Shown piece after piece: positions 40,797-53,344 of a DNA stretch of 64,000 nt (its first letter is position 1; each line of letters begins with the position of its first letter). Both the position numbers and the translations under genes were made by a program. The stretch is from Lingula anatina. Taxonomy: Eukaryota; Animalia; Brachiopoda. The stretch is taken from the NCBI GenBank assembly GCA_051362555.1, contig CM120647.1:558001-622000 (forward strand), in the 5' to 3' direction. A model generated the notes under the pieces. It saw only the letters and a list, made by a program, of their open reading frames with translations, searched no databases and had not been told where the DNA came from.

Positions 40797-41022
40797 AAGT
40801 GACCAATACAGGTGTGGGAAGTAACCACACTGACCAATACAGGTGTAGAAAGTGACCACCCTGACCAATACAGGTGTGGAAAGTGACCACCCTCACCAAG
40901 ACAGGTGTGGAAAGTGGCCCTCCTGACCAATACAGGTGTGGAAAGTGGCCCTCCTGACCAATACAGGTGTGGAAAGTGACCATCCTGACCAATACAGGCG
41001 TGGAAAGTGACCACCCTGACCT
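40797..41022. repeat. 31-bp minisatellite, ~7 copies
   Basis: GACCAATACAGGTGTGGAAAGTGACCACCCT units starting at 40801, 40832, 40863, 40894, 40925, 40956, 40987. Confidence 0.95.
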
Positions 41023-41651
41023 GGAGATACAGGTAGGATAGGGGGCAGGGGCGGATCCAGGATTATTTGATCCGCAGATGCGAAGTCACACCCCCTCCTT
41101 GATCTTTGGGTTTGGGACTCGATGAAGTGCCCAAATATTTTGGTATTTTAGACGGCGTACGGTGCCGTTTTGCACGGTTTAGTCCAAATTCTAAAATCAA
41201 ATCTAAACTAAATCCACCACAGGTGGGGCGGGGGGGGGGGGGGGGGGGGAATTCCATGTGTATCTTATGCAGTTTAGATTGATCTCACTCTTTTGAGAGG
41301 ATCCCATGTGAGTAATCACAGTTCACGGGAAATAAAACCATTAGTTCACAAATCACAGTAAATAAAACTTTATTCATATCAATGCAAGTCAAAAATCCTG
41401 AAAATCAGGAATCCTTTACCCCAGGTTCTAGATTCCGGTATTGCCAGCTCGATCTTGATTTCATATATAACCCATACCAGCAATACCAGTTGCCTGATGT
41501 AGAAATGGATTCATCAACCATTGGTAGGAATTGAAAATTTGTTGTTTACCCCAGGAAAATTCATTTTTTGGCCAAAATGAACAGTTGTTATATCCCTTTA
41601 AGTTCAAGAAGCCATTATCTTGTTTTAATATTTTAAAATATGTAAAAATAA

Positions 41652-43721
41652 TTACAAAAAAAAAAAAAAAAAAGAATGTGACTGTATATATGTGGGTGGT
41701 GTCATCTCAGTTATTGCGCGCACTTTTTCTGGATCTGGGCTCAGGCCCTCTGCTGTGAGGATATGTCCCACATACTGAACTCTGGGCTGACGCACCTGAC
41801 ACTTATCAAAATTGAGCTTTAGGTTGTATTCAGTAGCTCTCTGAATAACCTTCTTGAAAATCGAATCATGATGCTCACGATCTGTGCCTGCTATCAATAT
41901 GTCATCCATTATAGCTGTGGCACCTTCTATGCCTTCAAGCATTTCATCCATGATTCTCTGAAAGATTTCTGGCGCCGATTTAATACCAAAGGGTAGGCGA
42001 AGCCATCTGTACCTGCCAATTGGAGTGTTGAAAGTAGTCAAAAAGGATGACTGCTCATCAAGCTGTATCTGCAAAAATCCCTGTGTGGCGTCTAACACAG
42101 AAAACACTGTGGCTTTTGGAATACTAGCTGCAACTTCTTCAATAGTTTTCAGTGGATGATGCTCCCTTTTGATTGCTTTGTTCAAATCACATGGGTCTAT
42201 ACAGATTCTCACTTTATCATTTCTTAATGAAACAACCATTGAACTGACCCATTCAGTTGGCTCATGGACTCGGGTAATGAAGCCATCTGATTCCATTTCC
42301 TGTAATTTCTCTACGATGCGTGGCTTCAGTGATGCTGGCTGTCGTCTGGCTGGATGTATAACTCCCTTTGCTGTTGGGTCTATCTTTATGGTATGCTTAC
42401 CTGGTAGCGTACCTGTGTTCTTGGCAAGTTCAGTGAAATCATCTACACTGTTTACCTTGTTTACTCTGACTCTATGGAGGAGCCCAAGTTTCTCTGAAAC
42501 TTCACCGTTAATGACATTTTCCTGGTCTATGTCTACTACTTCAAAGTCAACTGGCAACTGAGTAGTATTGTATGCCACTGAAAGCTGTGCTTTTCCAATT
42601 GGGCGGATCTTGTGATTAGAGTAGGAGCGAAGAACTTTAGTTGTTTGGTTCAAGTTCTTGTGAAGATTAAGTTTTTCATAATCAGCTTTCACTAGAATGT
42701 TACATTTTGCTCCAGTATCTATACGAAATTTAAGTGGCTTGTCTTGGACATCTAGTGTCACTATCCATTTATCTTCAGCTGCACTGACAGAGTCAACATT
42801 TTCATCATCAACTTCAGTTGTATGAATGTACAGTGGATCATTGTTGCTATCTTCACTCACTGAATCATCATAGTAAACATCATTATCACTTTCCTGTAAA
42901 GTGTGTACTGCCTTGGCTTTTCGTTTTCTGCATACTGAATACCAATGGTCTAGTCTTTTACAATATCTGCATTTGGTTCCTTTTGCCGGACAAGTATTGT
43001 TTCTATGGGCTGTTGCAGTATCTAAACCACACTGACCACATTTCTTTTTCTTTTGCTTCCAAGGTACGTGTTCCTGTCTCTTAGAGGCTTGTGAGGGATT
43101 TCTACTAGCATGGCTTTCCTTACTCTTATGTGACTTGTGATTAATGGCGGAAACTTCAACTTCTGGTCTTAGAATCTTCATTTGTTGCTGGGATGACTCA
43201 TACTGTCTGCCTATTTCTAATGCTTGAGCTAGAGTAAGTCTTTCCCCTTTTTCTAACAGTTTCTCTTGAACTCGAGGATAATACACCCCACGTATTATAC
43301 AGTCAATTAAAATGTCTTCAGCGTCTTGGTACTCACAATCCATAAGAATCAATCTGATGTCTTTTACAAAATTGTCAAATGTCTCACCTTCCTCCTGCTT
43401 CCTTTTCTGGAGGTTAAATCTTTGTGCACGTTTGTTTTTTCTGGGTCTTACATAATTTTCAAGCTTGCCGAATATTGCTTCTGGTTTATCCTCTTCATCT
43501 TCTTCCCAAGTGAATGTTTTGTAAATTTCTCTCCCTTGTTTTCCAATCCACATGCCTAACCATCCTGCCCTTATCTTATCATCTGTTTGTGATAGTGGAC
43601 CCTTGAAAACGAGCTCAGCATGCTGTCGGAATCGAGTAAATTCCAAGTACAAATTTTTAGACTCCCAATCGAAGCTGGGTTGCTCGAATGCATACGCCAT
43701 TTTAATTAGTGTCTCGCACAA
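41652..43721 (-). CDS. Ty3/Gypsy (Mag-like) gag-protease-RT polyprotein, 3'-truncated before RNase H/integrase
   Basis: 689-aa ORF with two tandem Zn knuckles (CGQCG..H....C, CRYCKRLDHWYSVC), protease IDTGA, RT motifs EWVSSMV, VRICID, LDATQGFLQI, RLPFGIKSAPEIFQ, IMDD. Homology ends at ~41692 where the ORF runs into unrelated sequence and a T-run. Confidence 0.92.
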   Translation of the reverse strand: MCETLIKMAYAFEQPSFDWESKNLYLEFTRFRQHAELVFKGPLSQTDDKIRAGWLGMWIGKQGREIYKTFTWEEDEEDKPEAIFGKLENYVRPRKNKRAQRFNLQKRKQEEGETFDNFVKDIRLILMDCEYQDAEDILIDCIIRGVYYPRVQEKLLEKGERLTLAQALEIGRQYESSQQQMKILRPEVEVSAINHKSHKSKESHASRNPSQASKRQEHVPWKQKKKKCGQCGLDTATAHRNNTCPAKGTKCRYCKRLDHWYSVCRKRKAKAVHTLQESDNDVYYDDSVSEDSNNDPLYIHTTEVDDENVDSVSAAEDKWIVTLDVQDKPLKFRIDTGAKCNILVKADYEKLNLHKNLNQTTKVLRSYSNHKIRPIGKAQLSVAYNTTQLPVDFEVVDIDQENVINGEVSEKLGLLHRVRVNKVNSVDDFTELAKNTGTLPGKHTIKIDPTAKGVIHPARRQPASLKPRIVEKLQEMESDGFITRVHEPTEWVSSMVVSLRNDKVRICIDPCDLNKAIKREHHPLKTIEEVAASIPKATVFSVLDATQGFLQIQLDEQSSFLTTFNTPIGRYRWLRLPFGIKSAPEIFQRIMDEMLEGIEGATAIMDDILIAGTDREHHDSIFKKVIQRATEYNLKLNFDKCQVRQPRVQYVGHILTAEGLSPDPEKVRAITEMTPPTYIQSHSFFFFFL

Positions 43722-43774
43722 TTAAAAATGTTATGTGGCATGTGTAAGGACTCACTAATAGCTTGAAAAGTTCA

Positions 43775-43904
43775 ACTTCTGACACCATGTAACATAAACG
43801 TGCTAACTCTGTAAGCCGCCATGCTGGAACACACGTGTATTATTCAAGTCGCTTACAACATTGTAAAATAAGAGATGGTCGCTTAAGACAAATAAAATGT
43901 TACA
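43775..43904 (-). mobile_element. PBS (tRNA-Leu-like) and probable short 5' LTR of the Gypsy element
   Basis: Minus strand ...TTACA|TGGTGTCAGAAGT (PBS 43775-43787). LTR from 43788 to a TGTAACA start at 43904 (outer boundary uncertain). Confidence 0.65.
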
Positions 43905-43946
43905 CTTTCTGTCTGTGGTGTGTAAAATTTAAAGTGTTTTCAGTGC

Positions 43947-44189
43947 GGGGTCATGTCGATACTCCCCCGCGCCGTTACTCCCTGCACCGATACTCTCCGG
44001 CACCGTTACTCCCCTGCACCGATAATCCCCCTTAGTAATTTTTTGTATTATGCGCATCGATACGGCCCCACACCGATATATCCCTGCACCGTACATCCCC
44101 GCACCGATACTCCCCCTCAGTATATCTGTAACTGTAGGGGAGTATCGGTGCCGGGAAATATTGGTGCGGGGACGTATCGACATGTAACC
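43947..44189. mobile_element. MITE with GG termini and 8-bp TSD
   Basis: GGGGTCATGTCGATAC / GTATCGACATGTAACC; flanks TTCAGTGC / TTGAGTGC; internal GCACCGATACTCCCC repeats. Confidence 0.8.
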
Positions 44190-45304
44190 TTGAGTGCACC
44201 GCGTTGGATTTCCTCATAGCGATTCACACGTAAATATTTTGACCACGAATCTTGGAAGTACAGGTGTAGTATTAAAGTCTTGTCCTCCCTTCCGGCAGAG
44301 GCTCTCTGATTCTAACAGGAGACGCCGACACTCTAATGTTTCTGCTTGTTAATGCTTTATAATACAAGTGCTTAATGTAATCGACAGCCACGTGACCTCC
44401 CAATTGGATGAGAATTAGGTCACGTATACGGATGCATGTGTGTGTGTTTGAGTTTTAGTTTAATATGAAATGTTTAATAATTGTGCCAAATACCCACTGA
44501 TGTAAAGTATATAATTTGTTTTGATTATGTCTATATTTTTAATATATTGATCTGTTTGCAGGAATGAGAAAACTATAGTTTCGAAACCTTTGGCGTTGGC
44601 GTTTCACCTGTTGTCCCCACTAACATAAACATTGGAAATTCCGCTCGGTTTTATTTAGAGCAAGCGCATGCGCACATAACATGTTTATGTATTTTAGGTG
44701 ATTTTCTGCTCCCATAAAATTATATACTGTTTCACGAAAGTGACAAAGAGGTAACGGATTGATCATGCGTTAGTAAATGTTGATACTCTTTTCCTTTAGA
44801 ACCTACCGTAAAAGACTATCACTAGAAGGGCAAGGTGGGCGGATGATTGAAAAGGAAACCAGATCACTACAGTAAGGTACTCGACTGTCGCCTCAGACGC
44901 GGGCTCTAGATATGACTTGAAGCTAGGATAGAAGACAACCTCATCTTGAATCCTAGATTATAGATACATTAGCTAAGCAGGGTGCAATAAGAGAGAACAT
45001 CAACCTGCTGTCGTGTTTTATAACAAGTAAAGGTAAGCAGAAGTGTCAAGTCTTAGGTAGTAGGCCTATACTGGCCATAATTAGGGTGCGCATCTCCCTA
45101 AATTGCGCAATACTGCCCAATACAGCGAAACACAGCGCAATAGGCCTACACTTGAAAAAAAACGAGTCCACATGCAGGCACAAGTAAACACGGGAAACGG
45201 TAATTCCAAACAAAACAGGCCGATACCGTATAAGAGCGAAATATATTAGGCCTACTAATTACTTAATAGCCTTGATAAAACGTAACAAATTGGCACATTT
45301 TGTT

Positions 45305-45406
45305 TATCGTCGGGTCAGCCGCCATGTTGATTAGTGGCTCTTCATGCATAGCCAGCAATATTGCCAAGAAGAGCCACAAGTCAACATGGCTGCCGACCCG
45401 ACGATA
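45305..45406. repeat. ~100-bp near-perfect palindrome (mini-MITE or RNA hairpin)
   Basis: TATCGTCGGGTCAGCCGCCATGTTGATTAGTGGCTCTT pairs with AAGAGCCACAAGTCAACATGGCTGCCGACCCGACGATA. Confidence 0.85.
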
Positions 45407-45514
45407 TTAGAAGTAGTTATGTCAATGATAATAACCCTCCAGCCCCGCTGATGGGTTTAAGGAGATAAGTCTAATGGTTTTTCAACATCCAGTTTTCCCA
45501 GTGATCCCTTGCGG

Positions 45515-46156
45515 CAACTTCCGAGAGGAAAGATCCTCGAACTGATAAGCCTTACATGTGTTTTAAAAATACTAACTTATAGATTAACGTCAATATGGTG
45601 TTTGCTTGGAAAAAATTCAGTTTCTCTACACAATATCATTTTTTTACACCAAGAGTGTCCTTTCACGTATACCAGAAAATCTTTTGCGTAAGTGTCGTCT
45701 GAGTTTGTTTCCCGCGCGAGACGGCGACGCACGACGTCACTGACTACGGAAAACAACGAAGTGCTCCAGTGATTCCATGTGTGACTCGTGTTTGTTTATT
45801 TAAATCAGTCAAGAATTGTAGTTATGTTAAGTCTTTATACTTATACAAGATCATAAATGCCGTTGATGAAAATTTAGAGCATGCCGTGTGGCACAAGACA
45901 AGGTCAGGTGTATTGAAGTTTTGGTGCGATATTTTGATTTATTGTTGCCGATTATCGGTTGGGTGTGTGGTTATTTGCTTTGATGCGGTAAAATTTCACT
46001 GCACACTGCAGAAAATATCTTAATATCTCGATATTTGGATTCTGCAACCTTATAAAACATAAGCTTCGACCTCAAAATAAAGTTTTCTTCGGAATGAAAT
46101 ACCGTTGATCACTAGAAGTAACTGAAAATCCTATAGAGCTTTCCCGTAAAAATACA
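45515..46156 (-). mobile_element. Terminal fragment of a pogo/Tc-like non-autonomous element (inverted copy of 48243-48834 plus 52160-52205)
   Basis: ~570-bp reverse-complement match to 48244-48808; terminus CCCGTAAAAATAC vs TACCGTATTTTTACGGG. Confidence 0.7.
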
Positions 46157-47689
46157 ACCTTGGGCATTTTCCGTTTTAACGACCTTTCCTCTAAGATCCT
46201 CCTTGTGACCTCCCAGAACAATGGGAACCAGGACAGATTTAACTCATTTAAATATCTAATCTGTTGTATCAAGTACATTTTCTTGCTATTTCGTGGAGTT
46301 ATGAGTCTGTGATCTTGATGTTCTTTTTTAAACTAGTTGTAAATTGTACATTTATCAGGGGCAGACGGAAGCTGTATTCTGGGTCTTCTAGAAGACGCTC
46401 AGAATTTTTAAGTTTACATTGACGGGCATGCATTTTTTTTCTTTGGGAATTATGTAGTCAACATTATTTCAGTCAAGTCATATAACAAACAACAGGGACA
46501 CATTGAATTTAGTCAGTAATTGCATAACCCCACAATGCCAGCGTAGATACTACTGTAGTAGTTCATAATGCCATTATTATGTGTTTTTTTTTTTCTAATA
46601 CACAGGTTTCCCTCTTTTCTGAGCAACACGGAGTAAGCAAGAAAAAGAAAAGGTCCCCACGAAATTCTCACTTGACTTGTAGTAATCGGAAGGAAACTAG
46701 ATAAGACTTGGCAACAGACACTGCTTGAAACATTAATTTGATAGTGCTTCTTCATCACATTTTTAATGATTCTCAGTCACCTCACAGACTATATATTTCA
46801 AAAGTGGACATAGAAATTATATGTTACTGTTGTGCGGAAAAAAACCCAAAACCAATATAAACTTGTAAAGGGGCGTGGTATAGCTGCCCAACTGCCAGTA
46901 ACAATAAAATCCGACTGTTCCAGTAAAGTTTTCATAAAAGCAGTCAACTATTGGCCCTGTTAATATTTTCAGCTGTAATATGTGCTCCAGTTCAGTTTTT
47001 AAATGTTCAGATTAAATGTTGCCTTTATTTAGAATAACATTTTGAAAATACCATGCTTTTGATCTTATTTGTTATAGGAAGCCCGTTTAACCTCAATGAG
47101 TTTATTTAAGTGTTTAATTTAATTAATTAATTTATCTTATTTTATTAATGTATTTATTTATTTTTGAAAATTGGACTAGGACCAGTGAACTTTTGTTCAG
47201 GCCAGTAGATTCTCAGACCCTGCTGTGAGATGAAAAGTATTCGGTATGAATTGGTGTAAGGAAGTCAGATAAAGAAAAATATATCTATTTTATATGCACT
47301 GTTAAAAAAGGACTTCCCAGCATAGACTGCAAAAAAAAAAAAAATAAAAAAAATAAAAAAAATAAATAATAATAATAAATAAATAAATAAATAAATAAAC
47401 TGTAGCAACTTAATCATGTTTGTGCATTAATTATAATTACTGTTTAGGTGCAGAATTATACATTTGGTTTTGTTCTATTGTAACAATGGAATGCTTATAT
47501 GCACAAATCCCACTATGGGGATACTTGAGTATAGAGTTGATTAAAAATCATTAAAAACCTATGTAGTGTATAATAATTATATATATCCGATCTTTTTCGA
47601 TTCTCAGCTATAAATATTCATCGATATCGTATTTGTGCTTCGTATTCATGAAGTTTGGAAAATGTAACATTAAACACATGTAAAAATTA

Positions 47690-48227
47690 TCAGGGAAGAG
47701 TGCACTTAATTAAACTTCACAGAGTTGGGAAAGCACTCTAAAATGATAATCAAATATTAAATAGATGGCTTTTTCATAGGGGATTCAATGGGCAGTTATG
47801 TGCACATTTTTAGTTTTCTTATTTTTTAATGAAAATTTTCACCTGCAAACTACAAAAAGTGCCAATGTATCCTCCATTTTACATACTACAAGAACACAGT
47901 CATATATTCAAAATAAAATAAGTTTTGTGGAGGGGGAGTCAAATTTTCACGGGGGAACCAGATTTTCATTATGTGCACATGTTTAATTTTCTTATTTTTT
48001 CCGTGCAAATTTTCACCTGCAAATTACCAAAAAAGTGCCACTTTATCCTCCATTATGCATACTACAAGATCATAGTCATTTTCTCAAATAAAATTAGATT
48101 AATGAATGTTTTTTTTTTTTCACCTGCAAACTACAAAATTTAAAAATTTCATAGGGGGAGTCATATTTTCATTATGAAAATCTGACTGGGGAGTCACATT
48201 TTCGGGGAGTCAGATTTTCATGGTACA
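47690..48227. mobile_element. Ginger-like right-end fragment
   Basis: Repeated GGGGAGTCA(A/C/G)ATTTTC motifs ending ...CATGGTACA followed by CCGG; left boundary approximate. Confidence 0.5.
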
Positions 48228-48242
48228 CCGGTCGTATTTTTA

Positions 48243-51200
48243 CCGTATTTTTACGGGAAAGCCCCATATATAGGATTTTCATATATTTCTAGTGATCAAC
48301 GGTGTTTCATTACGAAGAAAACTTTGTTTGAAGTCGAAGCTAATGTTTTTTAGGGATGCAGAATCCAAATATCGAGATATTAAGATATTTTTAGCAGTGT
48401 GCAGTGAAATTTTACCACATCAAAGCAAATAACCACACACCCAACTGATAATCGGCAACAATAAATCAAAATATTCCACCAAAATTTCATTAAACCTGAC
48501 CTTGTCTTGTGCCACACGACATACTCTAAATTTTCATTAACTACCTTTACGATTTTGCATTAGTATAGAGATTTACCTTAACTACAATTCTTGACTGATG
48601 TAAAAAAAAATAAAAAACCGACTCAAACGTGAAATGACTTGCGCACTTCGTTGTTTTCGGTGTCGGTGAAGTCGTGCGTATCCGTCTCGCGCGGGAAACA
48701 AACTCAGACGACACTTTTGTGGCATACGTGAAAGGACACTCTTCTTGAAAAAATGATATTGTGTAGAAACACTGAGGGTTTTTTTTCAAGCAAACACCAT
48801 GTTGACATCGATATATAACTTTGTGTTTACTTAAAGCCTCCGTTCCTGGGAAAACATGTCCTATGGACGTGCGTTCCCTAGGATGCACTGTCCTACCCGG
48901 ACCTAGATTCCCAGCTGTATTTATACGGAGCAAGAACATGTATTCCTGCGGACATAATTCCCTTTCACATATACACAGAAACGCAAGTCCTACATAATTA
49001 ATGTCGGTACAATAATTATAAACACGGGGCCATTTTATCATTGTTATTTTTGCGTGCTGATTAAAATTGTTTGGCTTGATTCTTCAAAAATGTATGTCAT
49101 TGGGTGATAAAAATATCCAGTCTTCTATTGTGAGATATTTTGGTCAATAGTATCAAATCTGACATAAGATGTCATTCAAAAGAAAAGAACACCCCCAGAA
49201 AACCATATCAACAGTTTGATGTCAGTGCTAACTTTTAATCTAAGATATTAAAGAAAATGATACACCCCATTTCCATAGATTTTTAGATTGATCTATCCCT
49301 GTGGGGAGTCTCACTAGATTACTGTCAGCTTGGCCGGCTTAGCTGTAAGGGGGTAATTAACTACTCGGCTGACTGCAATTTAGCGTGAACCCCCAGGGAG
49401 TTAGGTCGATCTAAATCTTAATCTTTAGATCGATCTAAATCTCTGGGAAAGCACCCATAGCTTTCTGACAGTGATATGTTACGCAGTCAAAGAACTCATT
49501 GCATTAAACCATGAATAGTCATCAATAGCGGGTATGACCTCCAGCAGCCGCTTGCAGCGCCCTCATCTTACATGGCATACCCTGTGACAAGTTTTTTAGA
49601 GTTTGGATGGGGATATCATTCCACGCAGTGATATATGCCTGTCGCAGTTCATCACTATTTACCGGCCGATGACCATAGCTATTAATTCTGTAAGTTACTT
49701 CCGCCCACAGATTTTCAATTGGGTTCATACTTGGGGAGTTTGCAGGCCAGAGCAGTTGCCGAACCCATTGGTTTTGAAGAAAAACAGTGATTCTGCGAGC
49801 TCGATGTGGGGTTGCGCATTCGTCGTGGTACACAAAGTTGTTCCTGAAGATGACTCTTGCAAATCGAAGCATTGTTTGCTGCAGAATGTCTCTGTAGGAA
49901 CCCTGGTTGAGGTTGCCTCCTAGAAAAACAAAATGGTTCTGGGCACCGGCATGGAATGCTCCCCAAACAGAGACGTTGCCACCCCCTGCTTGCACCCTAG
50001 GCAGTACACAATCACCGATTTCTGGCTCTCGTACACGTCGGTGGTCACCGATTCGACCGTCAACCCTAAAAACTCCATATCTGGCCTCATCACTAAAAAC
50101 GACGTGATTCCAGTGTTTTGGCTCCAAACGCACGTGGTCCCCAGTCCATTGCAGACGTCGCTGTATATGACCTGCTGTTAACAGTGGTTTCCCTACTGGT
50201 CTTCGTACAAAATAACCAGCTTGCATTAATCCCTTGCTTACAAATCACCTTGAAACGAGCGTTTGAATGACATTCTGCCACTCTTTTCTGAGGACACTGG
50301 TTGTCTTTGTACGACCAGCACGGCGCACTCTAAGGAGAAGGCGATCCTGTCTTCTTGGTGTGATACGCGGACACCCTGGTGGAAGTATTGCAGTAGGTGC
50401 CCCTGTTGTAGCATTTCTTTGGAGGACTTTACTAACGGTTTCTGATAAATGTTGAATTGTCTGGCAATGGCTGTCCGTTTCTGGTCATTTTCTCTGAGAG
50501 CAAAAATTCCATAGTAAGTTGCGCTGCTTAGCTATCGAATCATATATTCTCTTAGGTACCTGTCAAGTTTCAGAGCGATCCCTTTCTTGCTTCTTTAAAT
50601 ACACTCCAAAGATTGACTAAACCCATGCGCTTTTATACAAGGGCAGAAATTGCCGAAAATACCACCCCTCACATTTCGCACCACAGAACATGGAACTGCA
50701 TGCATCAATTGTTTCGAGAGTTATATGGTAATTAGGTAACACACCTTTCCACACATGGAGTGAAACCTCAGTTTTGGATTTAAAATATTAAAATAGTTTA
50801 AAATTTACTCGCCCAAAAATAATATTGCATATTAGTAACCCTGTATATATCCTCAATCTAATATTAATTTTTAGTAATTTTTTCGTTTATTTAAAATATC
50901 TAAAGTTAGCCGAATAAAGTGTGTATATAGGGGTACATGTATACAAATGATTATAATAAGCGTAATAACATTCTTAAACATCACGTTTAAATCTTCAAAA
51001 TTAACACATCATTTATATGAAAATATCACAGGACATCTATTTCTAGTCAAACATGTCCGACTAGGACATCGATACCTGTCTGCAGGACTTAGAATACTAA
51101 GTAATATTACTTACATGGGTGTCCACTGGACGTTAAATCCCAGGAAATTATGTCCTAGGACATGCGTTCCTAGGAATGGAAGAGTCAGGACATGCATTCC

Positions 51201-52205
51201 CGGGACTTAGAGTCCGTAGGACATTCATTCCTAGGAAAACATGTCCTAGGGACATGCATTACGGCGGACATCCATTCCATTCACACCGGCCGTGCGGGCT
51301 CTTACGGCCTGTTTGGGTCCAAATTTGCTCAGAATCTCACGAGCAACGCAAGTCTCTCTTGCAAAATTTGGAGTTCGCAGACAGCCCGTATGCACGTACG
51401 GAGAATGTTGGACATGTCCAAAAGATTCTACGAATATTCTGAGAACAGCGAGGCTGCAGACGTAACTTGCCCCACTCGCAAGAAGTTCGCAAGTGAAACG
51501 CGCTTGGTCCAAGACGCACGTCACAAGCAATGAAGGAGCAAGTGCCCTTTGCGTGTTGAGTACGGCGCACACCCTCACAACTGAAGAGCAGTGTCGAAAG
51601 CACCGCGGAAGTGCGTCGCATGTGCGTCACTCCTACGCTAGTAGTACTCACGATGCACGGTCGTGTCTCGAAAATAAACGCCGATCGTGCACCCTGTACA
51701 ACAATTTTCAAGAAATTGGAATTTTGCTTAATTCAGCTTCTAATATGCCTCCAAAAGGCAAGGAAAACCTTAGAGAGCAGAAAAGAAAGGGAAAAAAAAG
51801 AAGAAAGAAGGGGAGAACAGAAGGCAAAACTCATGTACACGGTAACTACGTCATCACAAGTGTGTGAGGCAAGTGTGAAGCAAACGGGAACTATTTTCGC
51901 CGTGCATTGCTTTCTCTTCAACAGTGGTGAGTGCGTGCCACGTACGCAGGTAGCAAGACAATCTCAAGAAATATGTACAATTTCCACCGCCATTGCACCT
52001 TGCAATTAGCGTCCCTGCTTGAAAGGGCATCTCATTTGGCCCTTGCAACTCGCAAGGCAGACTTTCCTCTACCTCTACGACCTCCACAGATTCTACTGCA
52101 CTCAAAATGCGCAGGGGACGTAAGAGCCTAAAATCCGTGCGTCCGCTTGTGACCGTGGCTTAACACAAGTAAGGTTTATTAGTTCGAGGATCTTTCCACC
52201 CGAAA
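48243..52205 (+). mobile_element. Nested cluster: pogo-like host split by a Harbinger-like insertion (48835-52160, TAA flanks) that itself holds Tc1 and MITEs
   Basis: Host sequence resumes at 52160 (TTAACACAAGTAAGG...TCGAGGATC) where the inverted copy at 45515-45590 continues. Insert ends AGCC.../...GACCGTGGCT; small hairpin MITEs at ~49261-49459 and ~51117-51272. Confidence 0.55.
49522..50226 (-). pseudogene. Tc1 (DD34E-type) transposase, degenerate
   Basis: KPLLT..H...RLQW, WNHVVFSDEARY, VWGAF, FVYHDECATPH (for QDNA.PH), WPANSPSMNPIENLW (for SPDLNPIE), GGHTRY. N-terminal HTH region (~50230-50600) is broken. Probable terminus TA|CAGGG near 50844. Confidence 0.9.
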
Positions 52206-53344
52206 TGACCCGGGAGACTGGAACTTGTCTACCTCGTGCTGCAATTATCTCCTGTAGGCGGCGCGACGACCCTTCAATAAGGGTAACAATTCTGTTTTGA
52301 CCACTCTTCCTAGAGAGCATGAAGAAGTTGGTCTGATTGCTCACTAAGAACCTTCGGAACAAATAACCCTTGATTTAAAAACTGGTGAAAATATTACGAT
52401 TTTTCGGACCACTGAACCTTCGGACTATTGAGACGCCACCCCCATAGAGTGCAAACTTTTAGCATTTTGGGGGGGGGGGGGGGTAAGAAAAATTACAGTA
52501 AGATTATTTGCCCACATTTCCCTAAAAATGTGACATACTAGTGAAAAGCCTTAGTCCATGATCTTCTACATGGCTTATATTTACTTCTGCTGAACTATGC
52601 CAAGTTTTCTTAAAGTTTTTCACCTCCGCCCTTTCTTAGATCATCAAAACAAGGGGTTGGTTCTCCTCTGAAATTCATGGGCTTAAAGACGGCTGTCCCA
52701 CCCTCAGAACATTGGGTTTCTGCAACAAATCACCTCCCAGACGAGAACCATGAGCAAGTGGGTTGTAATAATGAAACCTGTAGCATGCATGAAGTCAGTT
52801 CTTGCAAATGTTGCGAAAGTTACAGTAAAATGCCCCAAAGCATTATGTTCCAGACCTCACATTGTGCTTATACCATACAGGCAGACTGATCTGACTCCCA
52901 GGCGATATTATCCTGCACACACCCTTCCAAGAGGCACTCTACAACATGTCTATGGACCCTCATTTGGCCATCGATGCTGTACAATAAATACTTTGATTCT
53001 TTGGCAAAACCAACTTGATTCCAATGATGGTTGACAGGGATCTGGCGCCTCTGGAGTCATGAACATAACATTCTAAACTTGGTTTATTTTTATCATTCCT
53101 TCTTTAAAATAATATTGGGCTGAGTTATGTAATACATAAACACATTGGGCGTTTCATTGTTGTCTTGTCTGGTGCATTCTTTCAACTGAAGATGGGAATT
53201 GTGTCTTTCAGGTAATGTGTCAATAGATATTTGGTTAATTGAATTTTTACATTTTGAATAGCATGCAATAATTGCCTAGGACAAAATCTATCTTACATTT
53301 CAGTTAAGACATGAAGCTATGCTGCAGTAGAAGTGACAATTAAC

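Noticed and set aside
40797-41022. 31-bp repeats as a CRISPR array, and the ORFs 40750-41014
   Set aside because: Units abut with no unique spacers, there are no cas genes and the context is eukaryotic; the ORFs are repeat translations.
51176-52131. Dense overlapping ORFs on both strands
   Set aside because: GC-richer interior of a non-autonomous Harbinger-like element; no domain motifs.
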